A DNA stretch of 63,675 nt, counting the filler, from Kipferlia bialata (taxonomy: Eukaryota), in the NCBI GenBank assembly GCA_003568945.1. It is 3 parts of 3 records of this genome, joined end to end, with 100 filler letters (N's around TTAATTAATTAA, not from the genome) between each part and the next. Parts side by side here need not be neighbours in the genome. Positions count along the whole stretch, not along the records: positions 27,426 to 54,710 come from BDIP01000171.1; 2 more parts are not named here. One strand, 5' to 3'. The position numbers and the translations under genes were made by a program. The notes below the pieces were generated by a model that made no database searches, had not been told where the DNA came from, and saw only the letters and a list, made by a program, of their open reading frames with translations. Positions 40,037 through 51,918 of the stretch are shown here, in pieces (position 1 is the stretch's first letter; the number at the start of each line of letters is the position of its first letter).

Positions 40037-42659
40037 TGTAATACACACTCTCTCCGTACAGTATCCTATATATGTGTATGTGTATATGTTCTACTCTAAC
40101 ACCCAGGGTGTACGTCCAGTTCAGGAGACCAGAGTACCCTCTGGAGGTTGGTAGATGTATGCATATGTATATGTATACACATTTGTGTTGTCCCTGCTGT
40201 GTCTTTGTTAATCTTCTCCCCCCCTCTCCCTGCCAGGCATCCCCCTCCACTCCCACCTCTGTGTTAAGCTCTAACCTTTCTTTCTCTCTATGTCTCTTCT
40301 CTCTCCCCTGGTATGTATATAGATATACCATATTTCGTCTCTCCTGTCAGTCACTCCCCCTCCCTTCATTCTCCCTTCAGTCTCTCTGTCGCTCTACCTT
40401 CATGGATACATTTTTCGATCTCACTAGTTCAGTGTCTCCGTCTGTGCCCCGAATGTCTTCCTATTTGTATCTGAGACCATTTCTCTCTCCCTCTTACTCT
40501 ATAGGTCTTGTCTCTGAGATGACCACTGTGCTGGTCAGACCTACTCTCTCTCTCGCTCTCTCTCTATATCTCCCTATATAGCTATCTTACTCTGCAGGTC
40601 TTCTCCGAGATCACCACTGTACTCTACAGACCTGAGGATGAGTCCGATGACCTACCCGAGACAAGCCTTATTGTGGACAAGGTCAAGGTGAGAGGGATGT
40701 ATGTATGTGTGTGTACATATATAGATAGATAGAGAGATATACCAGTATCATAGTGGACAAGGTCAAGGTGATGGGATGTCTATGAATACATATATGTGTA
40801 GGTATAGAGAGAGAGAGTGAGAGAGAGATACCAGTCTCATAGTGGACAAGGTCAAGGTGGGGGATACACTACCTACTCTAGACGCAAATGATAGTATATA
40901 TATATGTGTATATGTATGTGTGTATGCATATTGAGGATGAGTCCGATGATCTACGTGAGACGAGCTTAAGGTGAGAGATGTGTGTATATATACCATTTGT
41001 ATGTAGAGAGAGAGGCTATGATGTATACATTGTGGTAGAGTCGGAAGACAAGCCTTATTGGACAAGGTTAAGGTGAGACAAAGAGTTCACTATCTAAATA
41101 TTGAGGGACTGTGATATAAGTCTATATCACTACAGCTCATAGCACTATTTCTCTCTCTCTCTCTCCCTCTACACCCTTTTTTCAGGCCCTCTGTAAGTCC
41201 TATGGCATGGCCCTTGTGGACATGATCTCTCTTTCTCTCTCTCTCTCTCTTTCTCCCTCTACACCCTTATGTCAGGCTCTGTGCAAGTCCTATGGCATGA
41301 CGCTTGTGGACAGGAGTGACCCAACTAGGAGGACACCCGCTGCTGGGTGTATTCAGGTGTGTCGTATTCACACATAGTACTAGTATACTGTGCTAGTATG
41401 CTGTTTGTGTATATCTCTATCCGTACTGATCCACTTATCCTTTCTTATCTGTCTATATGTCCATCTCTAACCCCCCAGATCCGCACCGGTCACCAGAAGC
41501 TGGTGCCCTCGGCAATCGGCAGGTACGGCATATGTATATCTATGTATATACATATATATGTCCTATACCCCATAATGTCTTCCTCTACCCTCTATATCCT
41601 CCTACACCCTTACTTCAGGATGCCCTTCCTGGACAACGTGTCAGATGACAAGCTGTGGGACATTATGGTTAGGTATGTATACATTTCCACTCATACATAC
41701 ATATGTATGGGTACCACGCTCTGGGGCATTATGGCCAGGGATTGGGATATGTACATAATTGTCGCCATCTCCCTATAACATTCTCTCTCTCTCTCTCTCT
41801 CTGTGTCTGTCTGTCTCTCTCCCCCCCTAGCCCCTTATTCTAGGCACCAGGACTGGCTGGATGACAACAGACTGGACAGAAAGGCAGTCATTGCACCCAT
41901 GACCAAGTACAGCATAGTGACACCGGAGAAGCTACAGGTATATATATGGTATATCTCTCCCTCAACACCCGTAACCCCAGGCCCTTCAGAACACTCTCAA
42001 GAGCAACTCCCGCAAGAAGTTCTCCTGTCTGTATGACGAGAACACCACAATGTTCGAGGTCATCATCATCGCATGGGTCAAGCCAGGTATATAAACTCCA
42101 TGTATATATATACGTCACTCAGTATACTATGTATATTGTTACTATTCAATTCTATGTATGTATTAGTGTAACACAGTTCGAGGTCATCATCATCGCATGG
42201 GTCACGCCAGGTGAGTAATTTTGGGTGTTTTGTGTATTATTGTGTATTATGATGTATTATTGTGTATTATGATGTATTTGTACTATGATGCTCCTGTCCC
42301 AGTACCCCTTCTCTCTCTCTCTCTCCATATATACATGTATATATACATGGATACGTATATATGTGTATGTATCTCACCCCAAGATGCCCCTGTCCCCAGA
42401 CCCATGCTCTCTCTCTCTCTCTCTATGTCTCTATCTATCTATCTATCTATCTATATATGCCTTACCCCAAGATGCCCCTGTCCCCAGACCCATGCCCACC
42501 AGGCCCCTCAGTGACAGGTATGTATACTTCTGTATGTTTTATATGTATTAATATATATATGTGTGTATCAGTATGTGTGGGGGCAGCTGTCTCTCTCTCT
42601 CTCTCTCTCTTTGGGCCCATGCCCACAAGACCCCTCAGTGACAGGTATATATTGATGAA

Positions 42660-42708
<49 letters not shown>

Positions 42709-43439
42709 ATATGGGGGCAGCTCTCTCTCTCTCTAAACCCATGCTCCTCAGGCCCCTCAGTGAGTCTCTGCAATATCCTCTACACCTTCTACACCCCTTA
42801 TTCACCCCAGACTGCAGCAGAAGGCAGATGCAGCCAGAAGAGCCGAGGAGGAGGAGTCAGGTATATTCACTAAATGATATACATTCATATATATATTTAT
42901 ATGTATATATACAGAAAGAGAGAATGTGGCTAGACGTGCCGAGGAGGAGGAGTCAGGTATATCGATCTATATCTGTGTTTGTATATATAGATAGATAGAT
43001 AAACAGAGATATAGACTTAAGACGTGTCGAAGAGGAGTCAGGTGGTAATGTAGTCTAGTCCCCCTCAAGTTCTCTATGTGTCCAATTGTGTGTCATATTC
43101 TACATTATCTCCCTAACCCCCCAGGGGATGAGTCCGAGACTGAGCTGAGTGACTGTCTGTCTATGTCTAACCCTCTCTCTCTCTTTCTCTCTCTCTATAT
43201 ACATACATATATTACATATATATATCCGTGTCTTACCTCAGAGTCTGACTCTGGGACTGAGCTGAGTGAGACCATAGAGGGACCACCCCCTCTGTCAAGG
43301 TATTTATATATATATATACTATATATATATACTATATATAGTGGATATAGAAGTAGAGAGAGGGAGAGAGGGAGAGAGTAGTGAGCTGAGTGACACGATG
43401 GAGGGATCACCCCCTCTCTCAAGGTATATGTGTATATAA

Positions 43440-43478
<39 letters not shown>

Positions 43479-44586
43479 CCATATCCCACCCCAGACAAGA
43501 GGCCCAGGAGCTGTCCCCCAAGGAGAAGGAGGAGAGGAGGGTATGCATACTACTTCTATATACTACCATACTGTACAATATAGTATATGTATATGTATGT
43601 GTATATATATAATATGTATACTCAGGACCTGTCCCCCAAGGAGAAGGAGGAGAGGAGGGTATGTATATCTGGTGTTCAGAGACATTATTGGATACTTGTG
43701 TATGTATATTGATTTATAGCATCACCCCCAGGCCCTATTTTATGTACATATTGATATATATACTATTATATGTACATATAGATGTATACTATCCATGCCT
43801 CACCCCAGGCCCTGAGGAAGGCCAGGAACGCCCAGCAGAGGAGGCACCAGAGGTATAGATACATATATGGATAGATGTTTAAATGGTATTGGTGTACAGG
43901 ATATATATATATATATATATAAAGGAGTGTCAGGAACGCCCAGCAGAGGAGGCACCAGAGGTGTGGATACACATACCTACATATATACATACACATGCAG
44001 AATGATAATCGAGTGGGGCAACTTGAGTGTATGTCTTCCTCTGCACCCTTTTCTCTCTCCCTCTACCCCCTTATTATCAGATACCTCATCAAGCGGCTGA
44101 AGGAGAAGCGGGCCGAGAAGCTCGTGAAGGAGAGAGAGAGAAAGGAGAAGGAGCAGGAGGAGAGGGAGAGAGAGAGAAGCGCCCAGAAGGAGACACCTGC
44201 CGCTGCACCTGAGAGGAGAACAAGGTATATCGCTTTCACTATCTATTTTATACTAGTATATGTATTTTCTCCCTAGTATATACATCTCATGTACAGGAGG
44301 CAGAGGGAGAGAGAGGAGAGGGAGAGCGGGTCCTCTGGGTCCACCCCTGTGGCACCCGGGGCAAGGAGGAGACCAGAGCCAGCTAGGTTGGTGTATTAGT
44401 ATTTACTATACTATATTGAATTATTACATATATCAGTGTATGTATATATGATACCCCTGTGGCACCTGGGGCTAGGAGGAGACCAGAGCCTGCTAGTTAT
44501 AAACTATATAAATTAATATTTCTATATATATACAAATATATATATATGTATATATGTGTGTGAGGCAGCTGTTTATGACTCTTCTG

Positions 44587-44626
<40 letters not shown>

Positions 44627-45846
44627 AGCCCCTTATTTCAGTAGCCGTCTGTCAAGGGAGGCCAGAGAGGCAAAGAGGGCCATCCAGAAGGAGAAGGTAT
44701 AATATATATGTAATAGTATATAGTATATAGTGTATAATTAGTACATTTATGTGGATAGTCTATCTATGCTGAATGAAAGAGGCAAAGAGGGCCATCCAGA
44801 AGGAGAAGGTACTCTCAATGCGTTATATATTTCTATATGTATATGGATAGTCTATATATACTGGGAAAGAGGGCCATCCAGAAGGAGAAGGTACCCATGC
44901 TATATATAAGTATGAACTCATGTATATATGTATATACATATGATATGTTCGTGCTCATCTGCAGGAGAGACAGCGCTATGAGCAGGCCAGGCTGCAGAAG
45001 ATGCAGAGGGAGAAGGCAGCTAAGGTATATTTAATATACACAAGTAGATATATATATAGAGAGAGAGAGAGAAAGAGAGGCTGCAGAAGATGCAGAGGGA
45101 GAAGGCAGCCAAGGTATTGTATGTAGACATTCACATGTATTGTATTCTATATATATATAGAAGTAGAGAGAGAGAGGCTGCAGAAGATGCAGAGGGAGAA
45201 GGCAGCCAAGGTATATTTGTATATATATGTATATATATGTGTATATATATATTGAGAGAGAGAGAGGCGGCAGAAGATGCAGAGGGAGAAGGCAGCAAAG
45301 GTATATGGGTATATATGAGTATATATATAGATATAGAGAGAGAGAGAGAGAGAGGCTTGCCAGACTGCAGAGGGAGAAGGCAGCCAAGGTATACATACAA
45401 TACACGTACATATGTACACGTATATATGTATATATATTTATATATTTAGAGAGAGAGAGGGGGGGTTCAGAAGATGCAGTGGGAGAAGGGAGCTAAGGTA
45501 TCATAGATACTCTACAGTTCAGTAACTATTACGCATACATGTAGTAATCTCTATATAGTACTATATATCTCTTTTTACCTTCTTACCCTTTAGGAGAAGG
45601 CCGAGTCTAGATCACTTCACTGGCCCAGTCTAGATCACTTCATATGTTATAATATACTGTATTGATGCGCACTATGTGTTATTATATACTGTATATATAT
45701 CCTAACCTATAGGAGAAGGCCCAGGCCCAGGCCCAGGCTCAGCCATCTGGAGGGGCAGCGTCAATCACACAGGTAGGGGTGTATATATAGAGAGAGAAGC
45801 GGATGACGTAGATAGTTGTATGTACTCACCCCAAGTCATTGGAGCA

Positions 45847-45908
<62 letters not shown>

Positions 45909-47271
45909 GACATCTATATGCATATATCATGTCCTCACCCCCAGGTCACCGAGGCCCCTCTCCACGTGCCAGGCGTCATCATTGCTAGGCCAGGTAATGA
46001 TGTCATCATATATAGTTGTGTATTTTCAATCATCAATCTTCATATATCTATGAATGTATCTATGTATGTTTATGTCTTCTCCCCCTCACCCCCAGGCCAA
46101 GCCGTCCCCCCTGGGTACAGATGTGTGGTCCAGACTCCAAAGGGTATGTGTTAGTATTTATACTCTTTTTAATATCATATGTACATATACATATGCGTGT
46201 GTACAGATGTGTGGTCCAGACACCAAAGGGGATGTGTGAACATATATATGTATATATATATGCTATTTTTAATGTCGTGTGTACAGATGTGTGGTACAGA
46301 CTCCAATTGTATACACTTAGACACAATACAGTATGCATGTATTTGTATACAGTATCTCTGGATGGGGATGCGTAGTACAGACACCAATGGGTGTGTGGTA
46401 TGTGTAGCTCCTCCTTTCTCTCGCAGTATCTCTCTATAGCTATATGTGCATATATACACATTCTTACCACAGGTCACATAATCACCCCCCATGGCACCTC
46501 CTACTCTGTCTCTCTCTCTCTCTCTGAATATGTATACATATACACTACCCCCAGGTCACAAGATCACCCCCCATGGCACCTCCTACACCCCCTCTGTGCC
46601 CATGTCTAGTAGGACACCCCGGACAGAGGCTGTGTCACCTAGGTATATACATATTATAGATATATACATAATATATATACTCTTGTATATACACCCCCTC
46701 TGTGCCCATGTCTAGTAGGACACCCAGGACAGAGGCAGTGTCACCTAGGTATACCATAGTATACTGTAGTATACTATAGTATACTACAGTGTATATGTTG
46801 TAGTATGTAGATGTACCTTCACTTACTCTATCTCTCTCTCCCTACACCCATATTCACCATAGGCTGCACTCCCCCATGATGCCCATCACACCCCAGCCAG
46901 GCGGAGACAAGTTCCAGGTACATATATATATATGTATACTATACTCTATGTACTGTGTATAGTATATGCTATAGTGTATACAATAGGGTATACCATCACA
47001 CCCCAGACAGTTCCAGGTACTCATGTATAGTATATATATATAATGTATATTATATACAAGTATCTCTTACACCTAGGTCAATCTGATGGTTGATCTCCAC
47101 GAGATGTCTGTCATCCATTTATATGTATATATATAATCTAAATGTATATTTATCATAGGTGATTGTTTATATTATACAAGTATTTCTAACCCTTAGGTCA
47201 ACCTGATGGTTGATCTCCACGAGATGTCTGTGATCCAGAAGGTGCTGGGAGAGCTGAGGGGGCAGTACTAA
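39461..47271 (+). CDS. Hypothetical protein with a globular N-terminal part and an E/K/R-rich coiled-coil C-terminal part; >20 small exons
   Basis: MPL|RVASVTSCRPTANNY|RVYVQFRRPEYPLE|VFSEITTVLYRPEDESDDLPETSLIVDKVK|ALCKSYGMTLVD..|..FEVIIIAWVKP|..EKRAEKLVKERERKEKEQEE..|VNLMVDLHEMSVIQKVLGELRGQY*. The exon phases that were checked are consistent. Confidence 0.75.
44990..45500 (+). repeat. Exon-end echo array (gcagaagatgcagagggagaaggcagc.aaggta, 6 copies)
   Basis: Copies near 44990, 45080, 45177, 45267, 45356 and 45467 with (TA)n/(GA)n spacers. Confidence 0.9.
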
Positions 47272-47712
47272 AGGGTGTAGAGGGGGAGAGAGAGCGTGAG
47301 GGTGCTTGGAGAGCTAAGGGGGCAGTACTAAAGGGTGTAGAGGGAGAGAGAGAGAGAGAGAGAGAGAGACTGACGGCTTGGTTCACTCTTAATGAGAGCG
47401 AGAGACAGAGATGTTTAGTGTTTCAGGACGGGACATACAATGACGGCCCACCTGTGTTTTTTGTCGTGTTGTAATAGATGTTGAAAGTGTTCATTTGTGT
47501 GTATAGATTACAACACACATGAGAGTAATGGACGTGAAATCTGAAATGTGAGAGGCCAGAATTGGTAGTCTATTTACACAAAGAACACAACACAACATCC
47601 AACGGATAGAGTCTGGTACGCTTCAAGCTAGCTCCTTCAAGAACACTTCCACCTCTCTCTCTCTCTCTCCCCCTCTCTCTCCTTCCTATTCCACTCTCTC
47701 TCTACTCATTCA

Positions 47713-47779
47713 CTACAGAGGCTCTGGAACATCTTCAAAGTTGATCCACATGGTGTCAGGGGCCCTGGATATTAGGGGT

Positions 47780-47823
<44 letters not shown>

Positions 47824-50053
47824 AGTTGATCCACATGGTGTCAGGGCCCCTGGACACTATGGGTCCAGAGAAAGAGAGAGAGACACTCAGAGACAGTGAC
47901 TACAAACCTTGGGTTCCCTCCAAAGTATGGCCCTAGCAGGTATATATATATATTTATATATATATATATATCTATAGAGAAAGAGAGAGATATACACACC
48001 TTGGGTTCCCTCCAAAGTATGGCCCTAGCAGGTATCCCTTGTCGTACTTGTCACACTGAGGGTGAGCAATGACAAGATCTCTAATATCTATAACCAAGTC
48101 TCATACTTTGCATCCCCTATATACCACCTTCAATCCTCCTATATGGGTGCACAGTACACATGCACAGTGCCTTATATATTCAAAACACATACCTGTGTGT
48201 GTGGCATCGTGATGGTCTCACTCCACACACTATCTCACTCGGCTTCAATATATATATATATATACGCGTACCATATCATATAGGTATACACTGATATGAA
48301 TATATCAATAGTTATTACAGTATCACATATACATAATACCTGTGTGTGTGGCATCGTGATGGTCTCACTCCACCCACCCCCTTTCTGTATACCATNNNNN
48401 NNNNNNNNNNNNNNNNNNNNNNNNNNNNNNNNNNNNNNNNNNNNNNNNNNGTAGGTATATAGTGATCAACTATATATATATATATATATACAACAATAAA
48501 TATACCTGTGTGTGTGGCATAGTGATGGTCTCACTCCACACATCACCCCCTGTGGGGTCACAGATGGTGATGTCGGTGTGGTCCTATAGTTAGAAGAGAG
48601 ATAGAGAGAGAGAGATGGTGATGTCGGTGTCCTGGAGGGTAAGATATACCTAACTATAGAGAGAGGGGGGAGATACAGACAGAGAGAGAGAGAGGTCACA
48701 GATGGTGATATCGGTGTGGTCCTGGAGTTACATGTGAGATAATGAGGGAGAGAGAGAGATATAAATCCCAATGTGATACAATTATACGATACTACGCTAA
48801 ATACCTCGTAGAACTCTATGATGCCCCTCCACTGTTCGTAGTACATGACACGGTGCTTGAACCTGATCAGGTGCCTACCGTAACTGGGGTGAGCAGTAAA
48901 CATGATATTTGTACATATTATATAGATAGACTATATGAACTAAATGATTTTGTATAGGTAAGAGACGCGGTGCTTGAACCTGATCAGGTGCCTACCATAA
49001 ATGGGGTAAGTATTAAATGTGATATGGATACATACTAATAACAGAATGTATGAACTAAATGTATCATGTATTGGTATGTAAATGACGCGGTGCTTGAACC
49101 TGATCAGGCGTCTGCCATAACTGGGGTAAGTATAATAACTGTAATTGTCTGCCATAGCAAGGGGTTAGATGATATGTATATATGTATACATAGTGAAGGA
49201 GAAGGTATTCGGATACATACACAACGGACTAGAATACTACAACCGTTCAATGTGTATATATACACTGTATATTCATTTGTACCACTCACTCGTTGTCTGT
49301 GTACAGGGCTGTGTCATAGGAATAGGCACCCAGCTCAATCTCGCCATACTGGGGTGAGAGGGAGAATGGATATATACATACAGTATCCGCTGTGTACCTG
49401 TGGGCACAAGGGTCCCAGGTCAATGGCTGTCCCATCCCCATCAGAAGAAGGGACAACACACTCAAAGGCCCTGGGATAAGACATGGGAGTATATGTATAG
49501 AGAGAAGGAGAGAGAGAGAGAGCATCTGAGGAGGGGACTACACACTCAAAGGCCCTGGGATTAGATGAGTATATACAAGGACAACTGTTATTGTATAGTA
49601 TAGATATTGTACTACACTCACCTGTTCCACACTATCCTGTCACTCTGGTGGTGGTGCATCTTGAGGTAGCCACACCGGCTAGAGCCAAAGACTGGTATAA
49701 GGGTGAAGAGAGAGAGAGAGAGAGAGAGAGAGGTGCATCTTGAGGTAGCCACCGGCTGGACCCAAAGACTGGGATGAGAAGGTAATATCAGACAGCTATT
49801 ATACACGGTATATAGACTAGAGAAATTGCGTACCCTTAGTGGCAAAGTGCATGTGGTCTCCATCTGATAGAACTAGAGTGGTATACACAAAGTAGCATAT
49901 ATGTTACCATACCACTACAAAATACTATATGACATATCTATATATACACATACCCTTGCTGGCAAAGTGCATGTAGTGCATGTTGTCTCCATCGGGTGAC
50001 ACGTCAGGGGTCAGCCAGTAGGTGGCGGTGGTCTAGGATGAGTGTGGGGGAGG

Positions 50054-50097
<44 letters not shown>

Positions 50098-50135
50098 TAG
50101 GTGTCAGCCAGTAGGTGGCAGTGGTCTGGAGTGAG

Positions 50136-50176
<41 letters not shown>

Positions 50177-50829
50177 AGTCAAGGGTCAGCCAGTAGGTGG
50201 CGGTGGTCTGGAGTGAGATATATATATATAAATATATATATACAAAGAGAGAGAGAGGCAGAGAGAGAGAGGGAGGCAGAGAGAGAGAGAGAGATGAATG
50301 GTCTCGAACCTCACTCATATCCACCAGGTGGTCCATCTTTGTTCCGTGTCTGAAGCCCTCCCAGATGGGGAAACGGAAGGAGTAGTGCAGGTGCCTGTAG
50401 GTGAGAAAGAACAAGAATTTACAATAGACTCACCATATAGTATAGTTTCAGCATACTATTGTGTGTGTGTCAGAATACGTACTAGGCCTAGGAAATAGTG
50501 TATCCGCCCTGGAACAATAATAACCAGCCAATCATACCTCATATCCATATGTATATATATCATAGTTTCAGTATATACATATATATATGTATATACCTAT
50601 AGATGTATGTATGTGTGTATATTAGCTCACTCACTTGTATATGGTGTATCTGCCCTGGTACACGTTGTATCCAGCCAGACCGGCTATCAGACAGGCACAC
50701 ACGAATATGACTGGAGTTAGAGATTGAGAGAGAGAGAAAGAGAGATAATTTACTAATAGAACACCGAAAATGAGGAATGTGAGTGTCATACATATACTAA
50801 CTGATATATACTGATCTATCAGAAAGCAG

Positions 50830-50876
<47 letters not shown>

Positions 50877-50960
50877 ATACCGAATATGAGACATGTGAGT
50901 GTGAGGCACTTGCAGCAGCAGGACTTCTCCTTCTTGACCGTGACAGGTCTGTATCCATAC
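47713..50960 (-). CDS. Single-pass membrane protein with an uncharacterised GYxLxPYFGG domain; 5' end uncertain
   Basis: Spliced YGYRPVTVKKEKSCCCKCLTLTCLIF|VIFVCACLIAGLAG (TM) YNVYQGRYTIYK|HLHYSFRF..ASK|VFGSSRCGYLKMHHHQSDRIVWNR|..|YGEIELGAYSYD..|CDKYDKGYLLGPYFGGNPR|APDTMWINFEDVPEPL*. Confidence 0.7.
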
Positions 50961-50976
50961 CTAATGGTAAGAATAG

Positions 50977-51045
50977 AGGGGGGGGGGGGGGGGGTTGCAT
51001 GGGGGGGGGGGGGAGGGGGAGGGGGGGGGGGGGGGGGGGGGGGGG
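50977..51045. repeat. Poly-G tract
   Basis: About 70 nt almost entirely G. Confidence 0.9.
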
Positions 51046-51069
51046 TTGAAAAGGGAAGAGACGCAGTAC

Positions 51070-51479
51070 CTACTTTGACCGCATGGTATCGTTCCAACGC
51101 TGTGTCAAAAGGACACTGCACTATCTGTTGTCGGATAGGGACACGGATATAGAGGGATATGGAGGGGGAATGCTGGGACAGGTGAAGCAGGCCCATAACT
51201 GCGTGTATATACAGTGTATGTGCAAGAGACTAGGAAAATTGGTGCTTAAAACCCACCTCCTCTGTGAATGTATCATCACTGTGCATTGTGAGTACCATGC
51301 AGACATGACCACTTGCCCTATCATGCCTACAGTGAGTGGTATACTGTCAATGACATATCCAATGCTATGTGACACCCCACCCACCCTAGCAGCAGTGCCT
51401 CCCCGTCTCCCAGTGACACCAGACCCAGCACCCTCTCGGGCACATGGGGGAGAGACACGGGGACACACTTGGAGGCCAT
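51070..51479 (-). CDS. 5' fragment of a hypothetical (possibly Kelch-family) protein, ending at a poly-G tract
   Basis: MASKCVPVSLPHVPERVLGLVSLGDGEALLLG|HDRASGHVCMVLTMHSDDTFTEE|IVQCPFDTALERYHAVKV; three phase-compatible exons. Confidence 0.45.
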
Positions 51480-51918
51480 TACACTCGAGAGAGGAGGTCG
51501 ACCGATTAAATCGGTCCGATTTCAACCTGTCACTGGGTCCAAGGGGTTTAGTCAGCAAACAGATAATAGAAATAATGTGAAGTTCACATTGTGAACTCTC
51601 TCACCATTACACTCATATATCTGACATGTAGTTATGAATGCTTTGTGCGAACTTTGTGTTCTTATAAGGAATATTTATATGTACATGATACTACTGGAAG
51701 TATGTGTTCGGTGGCGAGTATCGGATGTCCAGTAGTATCTGTTCTCTGTTCTCTACCAACAGTGAGTCCTGAGTGACGGTGTAAGATATTGATGCGATAC
51801 TAAAGTTACAATGATTCATATCAGGACAATGACTGGTGTTGTCTATTACAGGCTGAAAATGATTCATTGAATGCTACCAGGAAGGCCTAGGCGACAGCCA
51901 AGTCAAAACACTGAAACT

